Source: Eledone cirrhosa
Taxonomy: Eukaryota
Assembly (NCBI GenBank): GCA_964016885.1
Contig: OZ024752.1
Coordinates: forward strand, 7,316,001 to 7,380,000
Length of the DNA stretch: 64,000 bases
Direction: 5' to 3'
In this document: positions 37,543-51,140 of the stretch, piece after piece
Position numbering within the stretch: position 1 is the stretch's first letter
Layout of the letters: each line of letters begins with the position of its first letter
The notes under the pieces: model-generated
Databases searched by the model: none
What the model was told of the DNA's origin: nothing
Seen by the model: only the letters and a program-made list of their open reading frames with translations
Made by a program: the position numbers and the translations under genes

Positions 37543-39466
37543 TTATATGCCAGTGTACAAGTCAATTTGGCACATAAGTCAACCCCCAAAATTCTGAGGT
37601 GGAATTCAGGTTTAGGCCTATATTCATTGGATAAAATGACCCCCCAAAAATAAGAAAGTTGCAGGGGAAATAATTCAAAAAATTTAGTGGCACGCTAAAG
37701 GCTAAGACACTTAGGTTGCAAATGAGTTCTAACTTACTGAGTAAACCAGCCTAGCGTCACCTTAAGGAACCTATGGTAACCTACCCTATGGTAACCTACC
37801 CTATGGTAACCTACCCTATGGTAACCTACCCTATAGTAACCTACCCTATAGTAACCTACCCTATAGTAACCTACCCTATAGTAACCTACCCTATGGTAAC
37901 TTACCCTATGGTAACCTACCCTATAGTAACCTAACCTATAGTAACCTAACCTATAGTAACCTACCCTATGGTAACCTACCCTATGGTAACCTACCCTATA
38001 GTAACCTACCCTATAGTAACCTACCCTATAGTAACCTACCCTATGGTAACCTACCCCTATGGTAACCTACCCTATAGTAACCTAACCTATAGTAACTTAC
38101 CCTATGGTAACCTACCCTATGGTAGCCTACCCTATAGTAACCTACCCCATGGTAACCTACCCTATGGTAACCTACCCTATAGTAACCTAACCTGTGGTAA
38201 CCTAACCTATGGTAACCTAACCTGTGGTAACCTACCCTATGGTAACCTACCCTATAGTAACCTACCCTATAGTAACCTACCCTATGGTAACCTACCCTAT
38301 GGTAACCTACCCTATAGTAACCTAACCTGTGGTAACCTAACCTATGGTAACCTACCCTATGGTAACATATCCTATAGTAACCTATCCTATAGTAACCTAC
38401 CCTATAGTAACCTACGCTATGGTAACCTACCCTATAGTAACCTACCCTATAGTAACCTACCCTATGGTAACCTACCCTATGGTAACCTACCCTATAGTAA
38501 CCTAACCTGTGGTAACCTAAACTATAGTAACCTACCCTATCGTAACCTACCCTATGGTAACCTACCCTATGGTAACCTAACCTATAGTAACCTACCCTAT
38601 AGTAACATACTCTGTGGTAACCTAGCATGTGGTAACCTAGCATGTGGTAACCTAGCCTGTGGTAACCTAGCCTATGGTAACCTACCTTATGGTAACCTAG
38701 CTTTGTGGTAACCTAGCATGTGGTAACCTAGCCTATGGTAACCTACCCTGTGGTAACCTACCCTATGGTAACCTACCCTATGGTATTCTACCCTATGGTA
38801 ACATATTCTATGATAACCTATCCTGTGGTAACCTAGCCTATGGTAAATTACCCTATGGTAACCTACCCTGTCGTAACCTACCCTTTGGTAATCTACCCTA
38901 TGGTAACCTACCATACGGTCACCTAGCCTATGGTACTTACCCTATGGTAACCTACCCTATGGTAACCTACCCTATGGTAACCTACCCTATAGTAACCTAC
39001 CCTATGGTAACCTACCCTTTCGTAACCTACCCTATGGTAACCTACCCTACGGTCACCTACCCTATGGTACCTACCCTATGGTAACCTACCCTACGGTCAC
39101 CTAGCCTATGGTACTTACCCTATGGTAACCTACCCTATGGTAACCTACCCTATGGTAACCTACCCTTTGGTAACCTACCCTATGGTAACCTACCCTACGG
39201 TCACCTACCCTATGGTACCTACCCTATGGTAACCTACCCTATGGTAACCTACCCTGTGAGCTACAGCAAGTCATTGATATTATTATAATCTCTAGGTTAG
39301 ACTTAACAAATATGAGATTCAGAAGGAAATAATTGTGGTGGTCTGCTGGAGTTATGGTAAGTGGTGTACAACGAGTGTTAGGCAGTTTCACTGTTTGCCC
39401 CTCAGTGGTAAAGGTATTGGAGAGAGATTTTTAGGCTGCAAATGTTGACTTGTACCCCGGCATATA
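37543..39466. mobile_element. Tc2/pogo-like non-autonomous DNA element carrying an internal 15-bp satellite
   Basis: Imperfect TIRs TATATGCCAGTGTACAAGTCAA / TTGACTTGTACCCCGGCATATA. Confidence 0.55.
37770..39256. repeat. 15-bp minisatellite (~100 copies)
   Basis: CTAT(G/A)GTAACCTACC units. Confidence 0.97.
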
Positions 39467-40200
39467 TGATAATTAAAAGGCAAAATTTCTTTCAAGACCG
39501 GAGAACAATATGAACTTTCAGGGACATATATATATATAAACAATGAGTTATTTGGTTTGTTAATTATTCAACAAAGTTAATTTACAACAGTTTAGAAGCA
39601 CTCAATGGGATTTATCTGGAGTATCATTAATATCAATAATAGAAGGGTGGCCCTTACTTTTCAACTTTCTAAAGGTTTAGCTCCCACCTCCCTATCTTGT
39701 TCCAGGTAACAAAATACCAATCTATGCAAAATTTTAGCCCAAGCAGACAACTGCAAGGCGACCCTCATCGACCGTGAAATTTTGAAGTTTTCGCCCAGAA
39801 AGTCATTTTTTAGATAAAAATTTGTTATTTCTTATATAATTTTCTCTAATTAAAAACTTGTTCAGACTTATTCTTGGTATTAGAAAGATAAGTGACAATA
39901 AATATAATGGGGAAGGTAACTTGTAAAGCTGGGGACAGAGCGCAGGTATAGGGCAAACACCTATTTCCCATGTAGGAGCAGCAACATTTTAACATTCGGA
40001 AAATTACCTATTGCTAAGGGTCACCCTAATATACATCTGTATGTGGTTGACAGCTGAGAGAAATGAGTACTCAGTATTGAGTAATATATATGCATATATA
40101 CATATATGTATATATACATATATGTATATATACATATATATATATATGATATGTGTGTATATATATATATATATATGATATGTGTGTATATATATATATG

Positions 40201-40231
<31 letters not shown>

Positions 40232-42029
40232 CATATATATATGATATGTATATATACTCTCCTTACTATCCTTGCTTTCATATTTCTCCTTGCTCCCCTT
40301 TTTTCATCGTATTTGTATATAAACAAGTACATAGATAGGAGAAAGGGAGAGCAAGGAGAAAATTAGAGCAGGGAGAGCAATGAGAAAAGGAGAGCAAGGA
40401 GAACAAAGAGAGGAAGGAGAAAATGAGAGCAGGGAGGGCAAGGAGAAAAGGAGAGCAGGGAGGGCAAGGAGAAAAGGAGAGCAGGGAGGGCAAGGAGAAA
40501 AGGAGAGCAGGGAGGGCAAGGAGAAAAGGAGAGCAATGAGGAAAGGAGAGCAATGAAAGCAAGGAGAAAAGTAGAGCAATGAGAGCAATGGGAAAAGGAG
40601 AGCAAGGGGTTGCCTGGATGTGTCCACATAAATTTCTCTAAGAAGAAAAAAGAACAGAATTAATGGTTGTGTATACTATGTTCCAACTTCAAGGTGTTTA
40701 AGGGTCACCTAACAGTTGTCTGATTGAGCTGAAATTTTACACACCCTGTTGTTTTGTTGATTGGGACAGGATTAGGGGGTGGGAGCTGCAAAACTTTCAC
40801 TTCCAGAAAATTATCTATTGCTAGGGGCCACCCTAATATTTATATATTAGATATATATATATATATATCTAATATAGAAGCTTCATTCAGGAGAAATCAT
40901 CAGGAAGCTGGCTTCCTGATGATTTCTCCCGAAAATAGTTCTAGTCCTGTAGAAGCCTTTCTATATTAAATATTTATACTCTGCTTTCTCATTGATCAGA
41001 TATCATTACCCCCCCCCCCCCCCCCAGCCATTCCAGCAAAGGACATGCCCTCATCTCATTGGTCAGATATCATATCTCCTCCCAGTCATTCCAGCAGCGA
41101 AGGACATGCCCTCATCTCATTGGTCAGATATCATACCCCCCCCCCCCCACCCCCCACCCCCACAGCCGAAAGTCCATTGGAATTCTTAGTCAGTTCTCCC
41201 AGAAACAGGTCTACGTGTTAGAGTTGCTTTTAATTGCATATATATTCTGGTCCAGTTGACCTACTTCAGTGGTGGTAGTGGTGTGAGCAGGTCAATCACT
41301 CTCACCCTGTTGTGGTGGTATTTAGGTTATCAAGTAAGAATTTATGTAGGTAAACTGATATGGGGTCCTCTGGTGGTGTTAATGCTTCTCCATATCGTTA
41401 GGTGTTATAGTGGGAGATGGTATAAATGTGTTAAAATCTACAAGTGTTAAGAATTATAATCTGTATTTTAAACATGTAGTACACATTCTCACACATATAA
41501 ATATAAGTGCACTTACATATCTACATCCACACATACACATACATCCGTACACATATATACATGCACACACACACACATGTACATACGTATACACAGACTC
41601 ATATGTCTCCTCAAGGGGTGGGGAGAGAAGTAATAGTAATCTTATTGTAATAGTTAGTACTGACTCTTGCGTGCAAAAGGGGTCAGGTGTGAGGTAGTAT
41701 ATCCTTCGGAGAATTGGATCAAGGCTGAGGTTGGGTGGTGAGGCCCGGTGGTTGGAAACGTGGGGTGCCTGGTTGCACACAGGGTGGGACTCTGCTGACA
41801 TACATCACAACGCTAATTAGCTATTGTCCGCTAACTTGGGTTCGAGTTATGGAAGTGAGAAGGGTGGACCACAGCGGTGTGAGGCACTGGTCTAGCTGCT
41901 AGGTGTGGCTCGGTGGTGTTATAAGTGCTATTCTAGAAGAGAGGTAGGTATAGGGGGTGGGGTTGGTGTCTCGGAGGCTCAGTGATACGGGGGTTGCTAT
42001 ATAGCTTGAGGAAAGTTCCCGTCCTAAGG

Positions 42030-42390
42030 TGTCTACAAGTACCAAAGAAAATCAGTCCTAAGGTTTATTAGGCTACTCCCACCTCTGAGTATCTCCAGAG
42101 TCTCACTAAGACAGAGGTTGCAGATGCCAGAATCCCCTCCGTCAGGTGGCACTTTCTTAATCTTGGACCAGGCCAGAGAGTATGGGGTCTTGTCCAGCTT
42201 GAGCTTCCAGATCAGTTCAGAAAGGGCCGTATTTTTCCTTTTGTCTATCCTATTAAAGGAACGGTGCTGGTTATACCATCTGTCCTTGAAGCTCATCCAG
42301 GTGGCTCCTATGTAAAGGTGCTCCAAGTTGGGGGTTGTAACTTTGCATCTGTAGACTGTTCTTCACTAGGCATTCATTTAACCTGTTGAC
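42030..42390 (-). mobile_element. Penelope-like element GIY-YIG endonuclease remnant
   Basis: LYIGAT..SFKDRWYNQHRSF...TALSELIWKLK...CNLCLSETLEI. Confidence 0.8.
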
Positions 42391-42950
42391 TTACACTTCT
42401 TGTTTTTACATTACTCTGGAGTAAACAGACCAACCTGTGTACTTCGTTGAGTGCTTCAACCTGCATACTGATGTGTCGGTAAACAACCAACACATACTGA
42501 AAATTATATATATATATATATATTACAAACTCACAAATATTATGGTTGATAATGATTTTGTGTGTTTGAGTGTGTGAGCGAGCATGTATGTGTTTGTGTG
42601 TGGTGTGTGTGTGAGCATGTGTATGCGAGTGTATCTGTGTAACATGTTTCTATCTGAATTCAAAATCAAGAATATATATATTTTTTTTTTTTGATGCACC
42701 AAAAAAGACAAAAGAGAAAAGCATCTGTCAGCAGTCAGTAGACAACAGATAAACAACAGATGTTCTGCTACATAACCAGTCATGTGTGAATTCCTTACTT
42801 CAATATAAACAGTTCAAATGACATTTAGGCATCCTGTCTGTCCTGCAGAACAAATAGAAATGTCATTTCATATTCCAAGGTTTTACAGGCAACTAACCGA
42901 CAGGAGACCCCGAACAAGATATTTGGTTAACATCCATGAGCACACTAATT

Positions 42951-43572
42951 TGTCACACTAACACTACAGTCAGTCTGTCACACTAACACTACAGTTAGTC
43001 TGTCACACTAACACTACAGTCAGTCTGTCACACTAACACTAGTCAGCGTCTGTCACACTAACACTAGTGTCTGTCTGTCACACTAACACTAGTCAGTCTG
43101 TCTGTCACACTAACACTAGTCAGTGTGTCACACTAACAGTCAGCCTGTCACACTAACACTACAGTTAGTCTGTCACACTAACACTACAGTCAGTCTGTCA
43201 CACTAACACTAGTCAGCGTCTGTCACACTAACACTAGTGTCTGTCTGTCACACTAACACTAGTCAGTCTGTCTGTCACACTAACACTAGTCAGTGTGTCA
43301 CACTAACAGTCAGCCTGTCACACTAACACTACAGTTAGTCTGTCACACTAACACTACAGTCAGTCTGTCACACTAACACTACAGTCAGCCTGTCACACTA
43401 ACACTAGTCAGTGTCTGTCACACTAACACTTCTGTCTGTGTCACACTAACACTACAGTCTGTCACACTAACACTACAGTCAGTGTCACACTAACACTACA
43501 GTCAGTCTGTCACACTAACACTACAGTCAGTCTGTCACACTAACACTACAGTCAGTCTGTCACACTAACACT
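42951..43572. repeat. ~25-bp minisatellite
   Basis: CTGTCACACTAACACTACAGTCAGT units. Confidence 0.92.
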
Positions 43573-44706
43573 TCTGTCTGTCTATCAGACAAAAGCTTTT
43601 AACTGTCAAAAATATCCAAAGACTTTCATTTGTAATCCATGGTACAAATGTAAGACAGAAAAAAGAGGAGTGTTCTAAAATGTTTTTATTCAAACCAGAA
43701 ATCAATATCTTTCAATAATGTTGTCTGTCTTTATCTCTCTCTAAATGTATGTAAATAGTTCTAAATTATAGGCCACAGTTTTGCTAAAAATATTGTCTCC
43801 ATTACAGACTGGGAAAGATCAGGGCTGTGGTAGTTACAGCTAATTTCAAGAATTGCTTCAACTGAAATTCAGTTTAATAAAATCCACTTAATTAAATGGA
43901 CATCTAATACTGAGACATTGGAATATAAAAATGTCACGAGAGAAATCCCTTTAGAAATGTTGAAGGATTTGTCATAAACCTATTAATATTGCCAAACTGA
44001 ATTGAAACGGTTGTTTGGCAGTATGATGTGTAGAATCATATCAAATAGAGCTTCTTATACTTGGGTTGCTGCTTTCTGTAAAATATGGCCTAAAAATACA
44101 GCTTCCTATACTTGGGTCACTTCTTTCTGTAAAATATGGCCTAAAACATGGCAAAGGCTGCAGAAACTTTGACATACCAAACCCTATATTTAATGAGATT
44201 GGGATTTGCGATGTACTCTCAGATCCTAAATAATAGGGGTGTGTGGGTGGAAAATTGGTAATTTTTCTAGGTTGTCCCTGTTGACTTTTTAAAAAAAAAC
44301 AGAATTAGTCATTTAGTTTACATATTGAGACCCCAACTCATCTTATTTATTTTGTAACGTATGGGATTTCTTGTAATGTAATTTTCATGTTTTTTAATGG
44401 ATCAAGAAAATTGTCGCAGGAATGTTACAAGTTAAAATAAAATTTTGACATGGATGGATTAGTAAAATTTAATAAGTGGTGGGGAGGGGGCTGATTATTG
44501 AAGACCCAAGAGACAGCAGCTGAAAATATACAAATTAGTGAAATTGAAGAAATTTCTCAATCTTGAATGTAATTAAGGAATGTAAATTAAATGTTTTAAT
44601 GTAATTAGACTTTCGCATTTTTTTTTTTACTGAAATTTAAAATAAATTGTGATTTTATATTGACAACACTAAGTAGATTACACACATATAATATATAGTT
44701 GCTTTA

Positions 44707-46300
44707 TAGTCCACCACACACATTACATATACTACACCACACACATTACATATAGTCCACCACACACATTACATATAGTTCACCACACACATTACATATA
44801 GTTCACCACACACATTACATATAGTTCACCACACACATTACATATAGTTCACCATACACATTACATATAGTCCACCACACACATTACATAACTACACCAC
44901 ACACATTACATATACTACACTACATATATACTATATATAACTACACTATCTACTATATATAACTACACTATAGTACACTACCCATATACTACACTATAGT
45001 TCACCACACATATACTACATTACACTATAGTACACTACACTATAATACACTACACTATAGTACACTACATTATAATACACTACACTATAGTACACTACAC
45101 TATACTACACTATAGTAAACACTACACTACACATATACTATATATAACTACACTACACATATACTACACTATATTACACTACACATATACTACACTATAT
45201 TACACTACACATATACTACACTATAGTAGACAACACTACACTACACATATACTATATATAACTACACTATATTACACTACACATATACTACACTATAGTT
45301 CACCACACATATACTACACTACACTATAGTACACTACACTATAATACACTACACTATACTACACTATAGTAGACAACACTACACTACACATATACTACAC
45401 TATAGTTCACCACACATATACTACACTACACTATAGTACACTACACTATAGTACACTACACTATAATACACTACACTATATTATACTACACATATACTAT
45501 ATATAACTACAGTATATTACACTACACTATAGTACACTACACTATAATACACTACACTATATTATACTACACATATACTATATATAACTACAGTATATTA
45601 CACTACACTATATTATACTACACATATACTATATATAACTACAGTATATTACACTACACTATAGTACACTACACTATAGTACACTACACTATAATACACT
45701 ACACTATATCATACTACACATATACTATATATAACTACACTATAGTACACTACACTATAGTACACTACACTATATTATACTACACATATACTATAGTACA
45801 CTACACTATATATAACTACACTATATATAACTACACTATAGTACACTACACTATAATACACTACACTATATTATACTACACATATACTATATATAACTAC
45901 ACTATAGTACACTACACTATAGTACACTACACTATAATACACTACACTATATTATACTACACATATACTATATATAACTACAGTATATTACACTACACTA
46001 TAGTACACTACACTATAGTACACTACACTATAGTACACTACACTATAATACACTACACTATATTATACTACACATATACTATATATAACTACAGTATATT
46101 ACACTACACTATAGTACACTACACTATAGTACACTACACTATATTATACTACACATATACTATATATAACTACAGTATATTACACTACACTATAGTACAC
46201 TACACTATAGTACACTACACTATAGTACACTACACTATAATACACTACACTATATTATACTACACATATACTATATATAACTACACTATAGTACACTACA
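44707..46300. repeat. Compound satellite built from TACAC/TATAG pentamers
   Basis: TACACTACACTATAG and CACCACACACATTACATATAG units. Confidence 0.9.
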
Positions 46301-46731
46301 GATATAATACATATACTCAAGATAAGCTCCAGCACATCTAGTGTCAGGTCATTGACAACCAACCAAACCCATACCAACAGGGAAAGCATATGTTAAATGA
46401 TGATGATGGTGGTGGTGGTGGTGGTGGTGGTGTTGGTTGTGGTTGTGGTATTGGTTGTGGTGGTGATGATGGTGGTGATGTTGGTGGTGGTGGTATTGGT
46501 GGTGGTGATGATGGTGTTGGTGGTGGTGGTGGTATTGGTGGTGGTGGTATTGGTGGTGGTGGTGATGATGGTGTTGGTGGTGGTGGTATTAGTAGTGTTG
46601 GTGTTGTTGGTGGTGGTGGTGTCAGTCAATATGATCAACTAACACCCCTCAAGGTGGTGTCCTAGCATGGCTCAATATAACAAGTGAAAGCAGTCAAAGA
46701 ATAAAAGCAATTCTCTCAATAAGATAGTAAA

Positions 46732-46795
46732 TTTATTCATCAAAGATATGAAGGAACCAATAACGGAGTGAGATAACCTTTTAAAACAGTTTATT
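46732..46795 (-). terminator. Candidate BRK1 polyadenylation signals
   Basis: AATAAA on the minus strand at 46790-46795 and 46732-46737, about 300-360 nt after the stop. Confidence 0.45.
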
Positions 46796-47093
46796 TCTCC
46801 TGTAATGAAGTAGAAAGCTATTTAAACAAGGAGTAGCTATAGAATGGTAAGATGTCACCATATTAAGACAGAAGTGTCGTCTGAAGCGAGGAGGAGGTCA
46901 ATTGGAGGAAAACAATAACGGTGGTGGGGAGGGAAGAAAGTCGGGGCTGTTCCTTCCATCAACGACTCTTGCCAAAACAACCATTTTACAGCAGAGATTT
47001 CCGCAAGTTTCTTTACAGCAAACGAAGCAACTGTCAAGAACCATCCGGAACAATGGACACATACGACAACAACAACAACAACACCAGTTAATG

Positions 47094-47120
47094 CTAGGAT
47101 AATGTTTCAACTTTCGTTAT
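47094..47120 (-). CDS. BRK1: BRICK1 terminal exon 3 (ITKVETLS*)
   Basis: tttcag acceptor, phase 0; resembles VTKGETLT*; TAG at 47094-47096. Exon 1 (QDWANREY motif) not found in window. Confidence 0.92.
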   Translation of the reverse strand: MTKVETLS

Positions 47121-47200
47121 CTGAAATATAAAAAAAAAGAAAGGAAAATTAGTCAGAAGCAGTTTGATATTTTATTTGAAAGACGTTTCAATGTTGTAAA

Positions 47201-48295
47201 GTTTATATGAAACATGGTGGAACATGTAGCTAGGATAGTTTATATGAAACATGGCGGAACATGTAGCTAGGCTAGTTTATATGAAACATGGCGGAACATG
47301 TAGCTAGGCTAGTTTAGATGAAACATGGTGGAACATGTAGCTAGGCTAGTTTAGATGAAACATGGTGGAACATGTAGCTAGGCTAGTTTAGATGAAACAT
47401 GGTGGAACATGTAGCTAGGCTAGTTTAGATGAAACATGGTGTAACATGTAGCTAGGCTAGTTTAGATGAAACATGTGGCTAGGACAGTTTATATGAAACA
47501 TGTGGCTAGGACAGTTTATATGAAACATGGTGGAACATGTAGCTAGGCTAGTTTATATGAAACATGTGGCTAGGACAGTTTATATGAAACATGGTGGAAC
47601 ATGTAGCTAGGATAGTTTATATGAAACATGTTGGAACATGTAGCTAGGCTAGTTTAGATGAAACATGGTGGAACATGTAGCTAGGCTAGTTTAGATGAAA
47701 CATGGCGTAACATGTAGCTAGGCTAGTTTAGATGAAACATGGCGTAACATGTAGCTAGGCTAGTTTATATGAAACATGTGGCTAGGACAGTTTATATGAA
47801 ACATGGTGGAACATGTAGCTAGGATAGTTTATATGGAACATGTGGCTAGGATAGTTTATATGGAACATGTGGCTAGAATAGTTTATGTGGAACATGTGGC
47901 TAGGATAGTTTATATGAAACAATGGTGGGACGTGTGGCTAAGGCAGTTTATATGAAACATGGTGTAACATGTGGCTAGGACAGTTTATATGAAACATGGT
48001 GTAACATGTGGCTAGGACAGTTTATATGAAACATGGTGTAACATGTGGTTAGGACAGTTTATATGAAACATGGTGTAACATGTGGCTAGGACAGTTTATA
48101 TGAAACATGGTGTAACATGTGGCTAGGACAGTTTATATGAAACATGGTGTAACATGTGGCTAGGACAGTTTATATGAAACATGGTGTAACATGTGGCTAG
48201 GACAGTTTATATGAAACGGTGTAACATGTGGTTAGGACAGTTTATATGAAACATGGTGTAACATGTGGCTAGGACAGTTTATATGAATCATGGTG
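47201..48295. repeat. 37/26-bp minisatellite in BRK1 intron 2
   Basis: GTTTATATGAAACATGGTGGAACATGTAGCTAGGCTA units. Confidence 0.95.
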
Positions 48296-48539
48296 CGACA
48301 TGCAGTTATAGTTGTACTGTGTTGTTTGCTTTGATATTTCTGTTTAATTTTTACACACACACACACACATATACACACACAATATCATTATAAAAAAAAG
48401 TGAAAGATATATATTTCTACACACATGAGTATATATGAAGACACATCAAACTTTTTGTTTAATTTCAATACAATAATCTACGAATTATGTAATCCTACAT
48501 TCTGTGTAGATTGTCTCTGGTTTAAGTTTGATCTATCTT

Positions 48540-48890
48540 AATATACACCCATGTGTATATAGATAGATATCATTATACACCCATGTGTGGATAGATTTAT
48601 ATCATTATACACCCATGTGTGGATAGATATATATTAATATACACCCATGTGTGGATATATATATATCATTATACACCCACGTGTGGATAGATTTATATCA
48701 TTATACACCCATGTGTGGATAGATATATATTAATATACACCCATGTGTATATAGATATATATCATTATACACCCATGTGTGGATAGATTTATATCATTAT
48801 ACACCAATGTGTGGATAGATATATATTAATATACACCCATGTGTGGATATATATATATTAATATACACCCATGTGTATAGATATACATCA
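48540..48890. repeat. ~33-bp AT-rich minisatellite
   Basis: TATACACCCATGTGTGGATAGAT units. Confidence 0.88.
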
Positions 48891-49283
48891 TTCACTTTTT
48901 TATATTGATGGAATGTTCGATTTTATTCTCTGAATTTTTTCTCTGATCTGTTTTTAAGAGACAAGACACATGTTGGATTTTATATCAACCATGACATCTT
49001 TTTTATCTAAATATTGTTTTTTCAAAGAATCTCCATTCTTTAAATCCATCAACCAATGACCTCCACCCATCACCACCTGATGAAACAGTTCTAGTCCAGT
49101 AGAAGCCATTTCTATATTAAATATTTATACTCTGCTATGTATTGAGTACTTTACTTACTGTGGTCACCCCCGATTGAACCCGGGGTACACACATCTATAT
49201 ATAACAAAGAAAGTGTGGTAAGGAACCAGGTGGACCATAATGCACTCAATACTTAGAGCAGTAGAGTGGGTAATAGGGAAAGT

Positions 49284-49400
49284 ATCAGGACCCCGACAGC
49301 TGAGCTCCGGCTGTTTCGAAAGCTAGATCCGAACTATACAGCTGGGTTAGTCCCGATCTAGCTGTTGAAACGGCCGGAGCTCAGCCGTCGGGGTCCTGAC
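49284..49400. repeat. Inverted repeat (~52-bp arms); single-arm copy at ~63110-63157
   Basis: TCAGGACCCCGAC.GCTGAGCTCCGGC / GCCGGAGCTCAGC.GTCGGGGTCCTGA. Confidence 0.85.
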
Positions 49401-49842
49401 TCTTTTCCTATATATATAACATATATATACACACACACATACATACACACAGTTTGAAATACAACCAGGTTATATATACTGCTTGGAATATATTTAAAAA
49501 GAGAAATGAAAAGAGAGGACAATTCCATTACAGACTGAAGGAAAATCAATAACTCTAACCAGCAGATGGAACCAATATGTTTGAAATGAGAGATCAGCAA
49601 TAGTTATTGATACATGAACAGTTGAATAGCACCCAAACCATAACTACAGACATTCTGAAGAATAACAAGAACAGATGCAATAATTGATGTGAAAGGGGAA
49701 CAGACCGCCATCATCATCACTGTCATCAGCGTTTAACGGCTGTTTTCTATGTTTACATAGGTTAGATGTGTTATGTTAGTATTATATAAATCAATACAAG
49801 GCCAGTGGATTGGCAGAATCGGTAGAGCGTCAGACACAATGG

Positions 49843-50166
49843 CTTACTCTGGCTTCTATGGGGGGGTGGGGGTATAAAAGGGGCTAAACATACCCTAGCT
49901 TCTACGGGTGGGGGGTATAAAAGGGCTAAACCTACTCTAGCTTCTATGGGTGGGGGGGGGGTATAAAAGGGGCTAAGCTTACCCTGGCTTCTATGGGTGG
50001 GAGGTATAAAAGGGGCTAAACTTACCCTGGCTTCTATGGGTGGGAGGTATAAAAGGGGCTAAACTTACTCTGGCTTCTATGGGTGGGGTGTATAAAAGGG
50101 GCTAAACTCACCCTAGCTTCTATGGTGGGGGGTATAATAGGGGTTAAACTTACCCTGGCTTCTATG
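49843..50166 (-). repeat. ~43-bp tandem repeat containing the BRK1 exon-2 donor junction
   Basis: Eight copies of ATAGAAGC(C/T)AG(G/A)GT on the minus strand, including the genuine donor. Confidence 0.9.
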
Positions 50167-50236
50167 TACTCAACTTTTCTTTCTAGCTGAGTCAGCTTCT
50201 CATTGAGGGTGGCAAGTCGAGAGCGACAAGACAGAT
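50154..50236 (-). CDS. BRK1: BRICK1/HSPC300 (WAVE complex subunit) exon 2 ([28 protein letters not shown])
   Basis: Close match to the recalled BRK1 segment [28 protein letters not shown]; ttttcag/GTAAG boundaries, 83 nt. Confidence 0.96.
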
Positions 50237-50305
50237 CTGAAAATAGAAACAAGTTAATATTAGGGAGATGATGGGAGAGAGAACAAATGTTTCCTTGGTT
50301 TGACA

Positions 50306-50400
<95 letters not shown>

Positions 50401-50707
50401 AGAACAAATATTTCCTTTATTTGACAAACACCCAGCTACAAATACAAGCACTGCAAATGACTGAGGGAGAGATATAAATAGATGGAGAGGGAGAGAGAGA
50501 GATATATATGGAGATGGAGAGGGAGAGAGAGAGAGATGGAGGGGGAGAGAGAGAGAGAGAAATAGATATCTCTTTATTTGCCAAGAGACAGATTACAGAT
50601 AAATAGAGAGGGAGACATATATATATATATATATATAATCCAGGTCTAGCAAATAGAGGAAAAGTTTTAAAATAAATTTTAAAAAATTCGCTGTACTCAC
50701 TATATGT

Positions 50708-50789
50708 GCCTTTACCGCGGTTTCAAGTTTCAAAATAAACAGATAATCCAAGCGGAACTCCATTGATAAGGGAACTATCTTCAGAAGGC
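50708..50789 (-). ncRNA. Type-I hammerhead ribozyme motif
   Basis: GCCTT-CTGAAGA-(AGTT...AACT)-GAAA-CCGCGG-TA-AAGGC. Confidence 0.7.
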
Positions 50790-50995
50790 TCTTCTTGCTT
50801 GGAGAATATAAAATTCTCGAGTTTATATCACAAACTGACGCCATATAAAACCATTCCCAGATGAGAGTGAATGATGAAAGAAATAATTCTGTCTGGTGCT
50901 GTGTATATAAGTTATTCCGGGTTGAATCGGAGGTAACCACAGTAAGTAAGGTACTCAATACATAGCAGAGTATAAAAGTTTTAATATAGATGAGA

Positions 50996-51089
50996 TTCTA
51001 CAGGACTAGAATTGTTTCATTTGTGAGAAATCATCAGGAAGCTTCCTGATGATTTCTCACGAATGAAACAATTCTAGTCCTGTAGAAGC
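50996..51089. ncRNA. Back-to-back hammerhead motifs forming a palindrome centred on GGAAG|CTTCC
   Basis: Plus copy GCTTC-CTGATGA-TTTC..GAAT-GAAA-CA...TG-TA-GAAGC at 51041-51089, mirrored on minus; relatives at ~40885-40957, ~49080-49110 and ~63800-63843. Confidence 0.75.
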
Positions 51090-51109
51090 TCTTCTATATA
51101 TATATATAT

Positions 51110-51140
<31 letters not shown>

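Noticed and set aside
37968-38914. Pentapeptide-repeat-like ORFs (GNLPY / VGYHR)
   Set aside because: Translation of a 15-bp satellite on both strands, with frameshifts
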